64,000 bases of DNA, from NCBI GenBank assembly GCA_035502815.1, contig DATJUA010000053.1, positions 4,415 through 68,414 on the forward strand, in the 5' to 3' direction. Origin of the DNA: Solirubrobacteraceae bacterium. GTDB taxonomy: Bacteria > Actinomycetota > Thermoleophilia > Solirubrobacterales > Solirubrobacteraceae. This document shows positions 46,400 to 54,194 of the stretch, in pieces. Position numbers and translations under genes: made by a program. Under the pieces are notes generated by a model. It was not told the origin of the DNA and did not search any database. It saw nothing but the letters and a program-made list of their open reading frames with translations. How positions within the stretch are numbered: the stretch's first letter is position 1; every line of letters begins with the position of its first letter.

Positions 46400-47844
46400 T
46401 CGTGCTCGAGGAACGGCGGTGCCAGTCGGCCGAGATCGCCGCTGAACTTGAACGGATCGGCGGACGGCTGATGCTTCTGTTCGTGCGCGGCACGCGGCCG
46501 GAGCTGGAGCTCTGCGCGATCGTCCGCACTGACGAGACGACGCTCACGCTGCGCGCGTCGCTCGACGGCGCGTCGTATCCGGCGGTAACGCCGCGGGTCC
46601 CGGCCGCCCACTGGTTCGAGCGCGAGATCCACGACCTGTGGGAGATCGTGCCCGAAGGTCACCCACGGCTCGAGCCCCTCGTGCGCCATGGCCCCGAGCA
46701 GACCGAGATCACGCTGCCGGCGAACGGTGAACTGAGCGCCGGACACCGCGGGGCCGAGAGGCTGTCCGGTCCCGGAGTCTTCGTGTTCCCCTACGGCCCG
46801 GTCCGCTCGGGCGTCTTCGAGGCGGCCCAGTTTCTCGTGCAGACCGGTGGGGAGGACGTCGCCTACTGCGCTCAGCGCCTGTTCTTCAAACGTCGGGGGG
46901 CGGAACGGCGGATCTGCGAGGTCCCGCTCGAGCTCGCGGTGCTGGTCGCCGAGCGCGTCTCGGGAACATCGAGCGTGGCCCACGCCCTCGCCTTCTCGCA
47001 TGCCGTCGAGGCGTTGTCGGAAACCGAGGTGCCGGCGCGCGCCCAGGGGATCCGGCGGATTGTCGCTGAGCTGGAACGGATGTACAACCACCTCGAGGCG
47101 ATGGTTCGCGAGTGCGAAGACGCGTCGCTGTCGGTGGCCCAGGCGCAGTTCGCCGCGCTGAAAGAGCGGCTCCACCGGCTCGCGGGAGAGACCGTCGGCA
47201 ATCGATTCCTGCGCGGGGCCATCGTTCCGGGAGGGGTACGGATCGACCTGCCCTCAGACGTGGCCGGCAGGACCGACGAGCTGCTGCGCGGGTGGGACCG
47301 CGACTACAAGCACGTGCTGGCGATGCTGCTCGAGACCGACTCATTCCTGGATCGGCTGGTCAGTGCCGGCCCCCTGTCCGAGCGGGATGCCCGCGACTTT
47401 GCCTGCGTCGGGCCCGTCGCGCGCGGCTCGGGAGTCGACCTCGACACGCGACGTGACCTTCCTTACGACGGCTACACCGAGTTCCCGGTAGCCCATCACG
47501 CCGACGGGGACGCGATGGCACGCATGGAGGTCCGTTTCCAGGAGGTCGACGCCTCGCTGGCACTGATTCGCGAGGCGCTCGGATCGCTCGCGGACGGACC
47601 GATCCGCGAAGAGCTCGGCGCGTTTGTCAGACGCGAAGCCCTCGGCGCCGCCGAGTCGGCGAGGGGGGAGACGCTCTACTGGCTCGAGGCGGACGGCAGT
47701 GCCACGCTGCGGTTCTGCAAGCTGCGGGCGGCGTCGTTTGTGAACTACGGGATCTTCAACCGGCTGTTCGACTCGCAGGTGCTGACCGACTTCTCCTTCA
47801 TCGAGCACAGCCTCGGACTATCGCCCGCCGGGTGCGACGCATGA
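46396..47844 (+). CDS. Ehr/Hyf complex 2, HyfG/HycE-like large subunit lacking NiFe ligands
   Basis: WFEREIHDL, FPYGPVRSG, FFKRRGAE and ELERMYNH present. ERVSGTSSVAH and SLGLSPAGCDA lack CxxC. Confidence 0.88.
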   Translation: MIVLEERRCQSAEIAAELERIGGRLMLLFVRGTRPELELCAIVRTDETTLTLRASLDGASYPAVTPRVPAAHWFEREIHDLWEIVPEGHPRLEPLVRHGPEQTEITLPANGELSAGHRGAERLSGPGVFVFPYGPVRSGVFEAAQFLVQTGGEDVAYCAQRLFFKRRGAERRICEVPLELAVLVAERVSGTSSVAHALAFSHAVEALSETEVPARAQGIRRIVAELERMYNHLEAMVRECEDASLSVAQAQFAALKERLHRLAGETVGNRFLRGAIVPGGVRIDLPSDVAGRTDELLRGWDRDYKHVLAMLLETDSFLDRLVSAGPLSERDARDFACVGPVARGSGVDLDTRRDLPYDGYTEFPVAHHADGDAMARMEVRFQEVDASLALIREALGSLADGPIREELGAFVRREALGAAESARGETLYWLEADGSATLRFCKLRAASFVNYGIFNRLFDSQVLTDFSFIEHSLGLSPAGCDA

Positions 47845-48635
47845 TCAGGTGGTTCTTGCGCGGGGTCAGCCATCGGCGCCTGACGACCCGCTTCCCTCGG
47901 TCTCCCGAGCCTGCGCCGGCCGCCTTCCGCGCCCGGGCCCTGCTTGATCCCGGCGTCGCGAGCCGGGACGCGGAACGCATCGTGGAGGCGTGCTTGCCCG
48001 ATGCGCTGACGCTGGACGGCCGCGGTCGTCTTCGCCTCGATGCGGGCCGGTGCATCGGGTGCGGGCTGTGCCTCGAGGCGTGCGACGATGGATCCATCGC
48101 GATCGACCCCGGGTACGAGCTCGCGACCACGAACCGAAATCGCTTGGTGGTCGCAGACGGGGAGCGCGAGGCCGATATCTCGCCCTCCACACTGGGCGGT
48201 GCGTTCCGCCGCTCGCTGCACATCCGTCACATCGACACGGGATCCGACGGCGCGATCGAGCAGGAGATCGCCGCGCTGCTCGGCCCCTATTACGACATGC
48301 AGCGGCTCGGGATGTTCTTCACGGCAAGTCCGCGGCACGCCGACGTGCTGCTCGTCACCGGCCCGGTCACCGAGCCGATGGAGCAGCCCCTGCGACGCAC
48401 CTATGAGGCGATGCCCGAGCCGAGAGTCGTGATCGCGGCCGGAACCGACGCCTGCAGCGGCAGTATCTGGACCGAACCCGAAGTGCGGGGTGGCGTGGAC
48501 CGGGTGCTCCCGGTCGACGTGTACATCCCCGGCGATCCCCCCAGCCCGATCGCGCTGCTGCACGGACTGCTGCTCGCGGCCGGCCGCGTGTCCGAGGCGT
48601 CGGTGCCGCGAAGCCCGCTCGGAGTCGCGGTATGA
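47841..48635 (+). CDS. Ehr/Hyf complex 2, fused ferredoxin + NuoB-like subunit with Cys-to-Asp substitutions
   Basis: ACLPDAL..RCIGCGLC ferredoxin, then DTGSDGAIEQE, SPRHAD, GTDAC and PGDPP. Confidence 0.88.
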   Translation: MIRWFLRGVSHRRLTTRFPRSPEPAPAAFRARALLDPGVASRDAERIVEACLPDALTLDGRGRLRLDAGRCIGCGLCLEACDDGSIAIDPGYELATTNRNRLVVADGEREADISPSTLGGAFRRSLHIRHIDTGSDGAIEQEIAALLGPYYDMQRLGMFFTASPRHADVLLVTGPVTEPMEQPLRRTYEAMPEPRVVIAAGTDACSGSIWTEPEVRGGVDRVLPVDVYIPGDPPSPIALLHGLLLAAGRVSEASVPRSPLGVAV

Positions 48636-50626
48636 GCGTGCTGGCCGCGTTGATGATCGCTGGATCCGGCGGCTTGGCGGTCGCGTCCGTCCTGGGGATG
48701 GCGCGGTCTCTGAGCGTTCGGGGCCTGGCCATCGCGGTGGCGGTGGGGGCGTCACTCGTGCTCGCCGTGGCGGGAGTGATCGCCGTGTTCGGCGAGCATC
48801 TGGTGTGGCAGCCGTTCGCGTGGTTTGCCCTCGGCCGCGGAGGCGCCTCCGTCGACAACTTGTCCGGCCTGTTTCTGGCCGTTACCGGGTTGGTCTCGAT
48901 CCCGTTGTTCCTCGCGACCCGGGCGCGTGGATCCCGGATCTCGCAGGCGCTGCGCCCGCTTCTCGTGCTGTGCGTCGTCGGCGTGTTCGTCGTCGACAAC
49001 GTGTTCGAGTTCCTGATCGTGTACGAGCTGACGGTCGTCCTGATCTATGCGCTGATCAGCGTGCGCCACGACGATCCGCGCGCCGAGCGCGCCGCGGCGC
49101 TGACGCTCACGCTGGCCAAGCTCGGCGGCGGTGCGGTGCTGGCCGGGATGGTCCTGCTTGCCGTCAAGGGCGGCAGCTTCTCGTTCGAGCAGCTGGCTCA
49201 CTCCGGACCGCTGATGACGACGGCCGTGCGTGGCGTGTGCTTTGGGCTGTTGTTCGCCGGTTTCGGCGTCAAGGCCGCTCTGATCCCGCTCCAGACCTGG
49301 CTGCCCGGGGCGTATGCCGGGACCGACGCCGACAGCTCCGGGTTCGTCGCGGCCGTGGCCCTGAACGTCGCCTTCTACGCGATGCTCCGCGTCTGGTTCG
49401 GCTTTCTCGGCCAGCCGGCGGTCTGGTGGGCGGTCCTGGCGCTGCTGATTGGCGCTCTCACGGCGCTGATCGGCATCCTCGGAGGCGTCCTTCAGCGCGA
49501 GCTGCGGGTGTTCGTCGCCTATTCGTCGATCGAGAATGCGGGTCTGATCGTGGCCGATCTCGGCATCGCATTGATGGGCAAGGCTCAGCACCAGCCCGGG
49601 CTCGTCGGCCTCGGCCTGGTGGCGGCCACCTTCCAGATCGCTGCGCACAGCTTCGCCAAGGCCGGCCTGTTCACCGCCGTCGCCACGGTGGAGCACAGTG
49701 CCGGGACCAGCGACATGGAGCGGCTCGGCGGGCTGTATCGCCGGCTACCGGCCGCGGCGATTGCGAGCCTGGCCGGCGCCGGCGCGCTGGCCGCACTGCC
49801 GCCGTTCAGCGGCTTCGTGTCCGAGTGGCTCGGTCTGGAGGGACTCATGCAGGGGTTCCGAGTCACGGGCACGGGGTCCCATTTGGCCATTGCGCTCGCC
49901 GGCGCGATCCTGGCGCTCACCGCTGGTTTGGCCGCGCTCGCTTTCGTGCGCGCGATCGGGATGACCTTCCTCGGGCTTCCCCGTGACCCAGCGATCGTCC
50001 CCAGGTTCGAGCCGGCCTGGCCGCGCGTGAGTATGGCGTTGCTGGCTTTCGCATCGCTGGCCATCGGGGTGGGCGCCCCGTGGGTGGTCAAAGTCCTCGA
50101 GCACGGCACGCTCCCGGTGGGTGGGGCAACCGCGATCGGGCACATCAGCCAGCCCGGCTGGCTGATCGAGCCCGGCTATCCGAACTTCGCCAGCATCAGC
50201 CCGACCGTGCTCGCTCTCACGCTGACCGGCTTCGCCCTCGGGGCGGCCTGCCTGCGCTACCTGGCCAGCATCCGCCGGGGGCGGCGGGTGCCCGTGTGGG
50301 CGTCGGGCGTCGCGGTGTCGGGCAGGCGTGCCCAGTACACGTCGCTCGGTTACTCGAACATGGTACGGGTGATCTTCAACGTTGTGTACCGGGTCCGGAC
50401 ACAGCTGCGGACGATCGGGGACCAGCGGTTCCCCGAACGGCTGAGCATGATGCGCGCCGAGCCCCGCATCTTTGACGCCGGCTGGCTCTACCGCCCCGTC
50501 ACGGCGCCGTTCGTCCGGATTGCCGAGCTCGTCCGGAACATTCAGGCCGGGCCACTCGGCCTGTACCTGCTGTACCTGCTGCTGGCGTTCATCGCGCTAC
50601 TGCTGATCGCCCCGAGACTCGCGTGA
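48632..50626 (+). CDS. hyfB: Ehr/Hyf complex 2, HyfB-like antiporter subunit
   Basis: FLIVYE, KAALIPLQTWLP, AYSSIEN, HSFAKAGLF and LPPFSGFVSEW motifs. Confidence 0.87.
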   Translation: MSVLAALMIAGSGGLAVASVLGMARSLSVRGLAIAVAVGASLVLAVAGVIAVFGEHLVWQPFAWFALGRGGASVDNLSGLFLAVTGLVSIPLFLATRARGSRISQALRPLLVLCVVGVFVVDNVFEFLIVYELTVVLIYALISVRHDDPRAERAAALTLTLAKLGGGAVLAGMVLLAVKGGSFSFEQLAHSGPLMTTAVRGVCFGLLFAGFGVKAALIPLQTWLPGAYAGTDADSSGFVAAVALNVAFYAMLRVWFGFLGQPAVWWAVLALLIGALTALIGILGGVLQRELRVFVAYSSIENAGLIVADLGIALMGKAQHQPGLVGLGLVAATFQIAAHSFAKAGLFTAVATVEHSAGTSDMERLGGLYRRLPAAAIASLAGAGALAALPPFSGFVSEWLGLEGLMQGFRVTGTGSHLAIALAGAILALTAGLAALAFVRAIGMTFLGLPRDPAIVPRFEPAWPRVSMALLAFASLAIGVGAPWVVKVLEHGTLPVGGATAIGHISQPGWLIEPGYPNFASISPTVLALTLTGFALGAACLRYLASIRRGRRVPVWASGVAVSGRRAQYTSLGYSNMVRVIFNVVYRVRTQLRTIGDQRFPERLSMMRAEPRIFDAGWLYRPVTAPFVRIAELVRNIQAGPLGLYLLYLLLAFIALLLIAPRLA

Positions 50627-51385
50627 GCGACGGGCGGGTTGCTCGGGTTCAGCCGCCGACTGCACGGGTGGCGGCCAACCGGTAGTCAGATAGATCGCGC
50701 GCAGCCACGAGTCCTGTTCTGAGCCCTTCGGTTCGTGACGGTACTTATCGTCGTGCTTGCGGACATGCTCGCGCAGATCGTGGAGCAGCGACTCAGTGGC
50801 GCTTTGCTGCACGGACAGTAGGACCTCACGATCGTTCCGTGTTCGCGCCAGCCGCCATGTCAGCTCGAAGTGAGGGAAGCACAGGCCAGGGGAGGACTTG
50901 AAGGTGTTCGAGTACCCGCGGTTGGTCGCGATCATGTCGAGCAGATACAGGGCGTTCCGGCGCAGGTGATCATCGCGACTCGCGCAGGCCGGGCACGGGG
51001 CCGGCTCGAACGCCACGTCGGGCGGGAGTGCCCGCAGCTGTTCCAAGATACCGGCGAAAGTGTCGGCGAATAACACGCTAATGCTCAGCGTCGTCTTCAT
51101 GTCCTCGACGTCGATGCGGCGCAGCATCTCGATGTGCTCGGCACAGAAGCCAAATGCCCGTTGGACGAGTTCGATCGCGCCCATGTCGTTGCTCTGCTCG
51201 TCATAGAAGTGCCAGACGTACTCTCGATCGGCCTTGTGAGCCACCCGGCACAGGGGACACATGCGGTTGGTGAGGCCCTGCCGCAGCCAGCTCGTCACCG
51301 CTCCGGACGGCGTGTGACGCGCGCCCGCCTTGCTCGGCCGCCGGGAGGCGCTTGGTTCACCCCGACGTCGGCGGCGCAGCTTCAT
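50597..51385 (-). CDS. Cys/His-rich protein (DUF6062-like, two CxxC...CxxH units)
   Basis: CPLC..GFCAEH..CPAC..GLCFPH, ending GSEQDSWLRA. Confidence 0.75.
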   Translation of the reverse strand: MKLRRRRRGEPSASRRPSKAGARHTPSGAVTSWLRQGLTNRMCPLCRVAHKADREYVWHFYDEQSNDMGAIELVQRAFGFCAEHIEMLRRIDVEDMKTTLSISVLFADTFAGILEQLRALPPDVAFEPAPCPACASRDDHLRRNALYLLDMIATNRGYSNTFKSSPGLCFPHFELTWRLARTRNDREVLLSVQQSATESLLHDLREHVRKHDDKYRHEPKGSEQDSWLRAIYLTTGWPPPVQSAAEPEQPARRSRESRGDQQ

Positions 51386-52364
51386 CGCGGTCGCTCGTGG
51401 AGCTGATCGGCACCGGTACGGCGTTCAAGCATTCCCGAACGACGTCCTCGGCCTGAACGTGCTGCACCCACAGCTCGGGACGTAACGCCAACCGATGAGC
51501 CAGGGCGGGGATCGCCACGGCTTTGACATCGTCGGGCACGACGAAGTCACGTCCGTCGAGCAGCGCCTTCACGCGGGCCAGCTTCATCAGTGCCAGAGTG
51601 CCCCGAGGACTGGCTCCGACCTGAACGCTCGGGCTCTCCCGCGTGGCCAACACAAGCGCGACGATGTAGCGGCCCAGGTCTTCCGAGACGTGCACGCGCT
51701 CGACCGCGCCCTGCATGTCGATCAACTCCTCGCGGGAGACGACCGGCCGGAGCTCGGCCTCATCCTCCCCTCGTTCCAGGCGGCGGGCCAGGATTCCGAA
51801 TTCATCCTCGGGCGATGGATAGCCGACCCGCATCCTGATCAGGAACCGGTCGAGCTGAGCCTCGGGCAGCGGGTAGGTGCCCTCGTACTCGATCGGGTTC
51901 TGGGTGGCGAGCACGATGAACGGTCGCTCGAGCCGACGGGTGCGGTCTTCGGTCGTGACCTGCCGCTCCTGCATCGCCTCCAGCAGCGCGGCCTGGGTCT
52001 TCGGCGGGGCCCGATTGATCTCGTCGGCCAGCAGCACGTTGGTGAATACCGGTCCCGCCCGGAACTCGAACTCCGATGTGCGCTGGTTGAAGATCGACGC
52101 GCCGGTGACGTCCGAGGGCATAAGGTCCGGCGTGAACTGCACCCTTGAGAACTGGGTGCCGGTCACGACGGCGAACGACCGTGCGATCAGTGTCTTGGCC
52201 AGACCCGGGTAGTCCTCGATCAGGACGTGGCCGTCGGCCAGCATCGCGCACAGCGCCAGCTCGAGCGCTTCGCGTTTGCCGACGACGGCGCGCTCTACCT
52301 CGTCAAGGACACGCGCCGCGAGGGACGCCACCGGCACGAGCTTCGGCTCGGCGGTTCCGGTCAC
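51357..52364 (-). CDS. moxR: MoxR-proper AAA+ ATPase
   Basis: GHVLIEDYPGLAKT, RVQFTPDLMPSD, ADEINR, ATQNPIEYEGTYPLPEAQLDRF and GASPR motifs. Confidence 0.93.
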   Translation of the reverse strand: MTGTAEPKLVPVASLAARVLDEVERAVVGKREALELALCAMLADGHVLIEDYPGLAKTLIARSFAVVTGTQFSRVQFTPDLMPSDVTGASIFNQRTSEFEFRAGPVFTNVLLADEINRAPPKTQAALLEAMQERQVTTEDRTRRLERPFIVLATQNPIEYEGTYPLPEAQLDRFLIRMRVGYPSPEDEFGILARRLERGEDEAELRPVVSREELIDMQGAVERVHVSEDLGRYIVALVLATRESPSVQVGASPRGTLALMKLARVKALLDGRDFVVPDDVKAVAIPALAHRLALRPELWVQHVQAEDVVRECLNAVPVPISSTSDRDEAAPPTSG

Positions 52365-53674
52365 TGCGTCGGGCCGCCTTCGCACACTCGCCCGTCGATC
52401 TGGGCCATCCCGCGAAGCCAACCGTCGCTCTCGGGGCCCGCGGTCTCGTGGCGGAAGGCCCACGCATACTTTCGCGCGGTCTCGTGCACTTCCCAGGCGA
52501 TCAGACCGAGGCGAGCCTCGGCGTGATGGCGTGCAACTCGTGTGGCGGGGCCGTCTGGCACCTGCCGCGCGTGACGGGCGCACAGTCCATGGCCACGCTC
52601 GTACCGGTCCCGGGTCGGAGCCAGCCCGAGCGAGAGGACGACGAGGTCCTGCTGGGTTCGCTCGACACCCTCTCGGGCGTGGCACGCGGAGCAGTGGGGC
52701 GGCGTGAGCAGCTCGTCGCGGATGCCCTCGAGCAGGTCGACGCTGCTCCGCCGGCGCCGACGCTCCGCGGCGGGCGCCTGGGGCAGCCGCGCGAGGAACC
52801 GCTCGAGCTGAGCGACCCTGATCGCCCGCTTGCGCTCCACCGCGTGCTCGAGCGCGACGGACGGGGCCGCCAGGGCCACATCGTTTAGATGGACGGCGCA
52901 GAGCTCTCCGGGATCGGTGGTGAGCGACGGGTCGTCCTGCGCCGAACGCGCCAGGAACCAGTGGAGATAGTCGCGCCCGGCGATGCCCGCCGCGAGGCAG
53001 ACGGGGCAGGCGTCGATCTCCAACCGCTCATCAAGCCGCTCGACGGTTGAGCCCACGGTGGACAGTTGGGGGAGGCGCTCACGCCACATGGCTCGGCGGC
53101 TCGCGTCAGCGTCGGCGCCGGCCAGCAGCCCAACGAGCGCGGCGCCCGTCCTCTCCTGGAGGCTGGTCAGCATCCGCTCGACGAGCATCTTGATCGTCGA
53201 CGGGTCGGCGACGGCAAGCGCGCCGAGAAGGTGTTCCAGGCACACGCCGTCATGCTCGGCGTACAACCGCGCGAGCGCGGGGTCGCGGAGGCCGTCGACG
53301 AGCAGCGTCCGGCCATGCCGTGTACTGAACGCGGCCGCTTCGCACGCCGGGCAAGGGCCGATCTGCGCTTCGCCTCTCAAGGCAAGCCGGGCTCCCGCGA
53401 GCGCCTCGCGCATGACGATCGTCATGACGTGGCCCCCGCCGAGATCCTCGATCAGCCGGCGCGCGTGCGCGGGGCACATTCCCATCGCGGCGCGCAGCTG
53501 GGCCTGCACCTCGCTGGTGGTGTGGCTCTCGATCTCAAACCACGAGAAGAAGCTGCGCTCGGTCGCGGCGACGTGGCGGCAAGTCGGACAGCCGGGCTCG
53601 GTCAGCAGCTTCTCGAGCTCCGAGAGGATCCGGGGAGCTTCCTGCGTGGTCTGGCTGTCGTCCGTGCTGATCAC
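52361..53674 (-). CDS. Tandem DUF6062-like protein (four CxxC...CxxH units)
   Basis: CPTC/CPAH, CPAC/CLEH, CPVC/CAVH, CSAC/CARH; C-terminal GPESDGWLRG resembles the paralogue. Probable GTG start at 53674. Confidence 0.75.
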   Translation of the reverse strand: MISTDDSQTTQEAPRILSELEKLLTEPGCPTCRHVAATERSFFSWFEIESHTTSEVQAQLRAAMGMCPAHARRLIEDLGGGHVMTIVMREALAGARLALRGEAQIGPCPACEAAAFSTRHGRTLLVDGLRDPALARLYAEHDGVCLEHLLGALAVADPSTIKMLVERMLTSLQERTGAALVGLLAGADADASRRAMWRERLPQLSTVGSTVERLDERLEIDACPVCLAAGIAGRDYLHWFLARSAQDDPSLTTDPGELCAVHLNDVALAAPSVALEHAVERKRAIRVAQLERFLARLPQAPAAERRRRRSSVDLLEGIRDELLTPPHCSACHAREGVERTQQDLVVLSLGLAPTRDRYERGHGLCARHARQVPDGPATRVARHHAEARLGLIAWEVHETARKYAWAFRHETAGPESDGWLRGMAQIDGRVCEGGPTQ

Positions 53675-53712
53675 CTCCTGATCACCTGCCGCGGCGCCCG
53701 AAAGGGCCAACC

Positions 53713-53762
53713 GTAGAAGCCATCAGTGCCGGGGGGCACGGTCAACGGCGAGCTTCATCGCC
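53713..53762 (-). ncRNA. Fluoride riboswitch #6, upstream of the DUF6062-like/moxR operon
   Basis: GGCG-AUGAAGCU-CGCC-GUUGACC-GUGCC-CCCC-GGCAC-UGAU-GGCUUC-UAC. Pseudoknot GAAGCU/GGCUUC; TATCCT -10-like element upstream. Confidence 0.88.
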
Positions 53763-53816
53763 TGTGGCCAAGGATAGTCGACGGATTGCCGGCCGGCCCG
53801 GGATGGCCCGGGCGTT

Positions 53817-54023
53817 TCAGCGCGGCGCGCGGGCGTGGATGATCGCCGCCGAGATCGACAGCTGGCAGTTGAGCGCGTCACGCAGCGCGATCATCGCGTC
53901 CTCGGCGTACAGCCGCTGGCCGTCGTCGGTGTGCTCCGGGACGGGATAGCCGAACCGCCTCTCCCACAGGGCGAGGATCGTGGGGCTGGTTCCGAGCAAT
54001 GCTGCAGCAGCCTCCGCGGTCAC
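53817..54023 (-). CDS. Small MerR-type HTH protein
   Basis: AAALLGTSPTILALWERRFGYPVP....GQRLY MerR-like pattern. Confidence 0.7.
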   Translation of the reverse strand: MTAEAAAALLGTSPTILALWERRFGYPVPEHTDDGQRLYAEDAMIALRDALNCQLSISAAIIHARAPR

Positions 54024-54194
54024 GTCAGATCTGGCTTTCCGTACCGGTTCCGGTCGCGAGCAGCTCGGTCATCGTTCCTCCTGCGATCGGTTACGCCACC
54101 GCGTAAGGCCATCGGCGCCCGGTCCTTCGCTTCGCCGGGGCCTCACAGCGGTGGGTGTCCTAGTTGACTCGACTACGTGCGGGGCGGCGAAAAG

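Noticed and set aside
22643-50626. True [NiFe] hydrogenase-4 / formate hydrogenlyase
   Set aside because: Both large subunits lack the N- and C-terminal CxxC motifs and there are no hyp genes.
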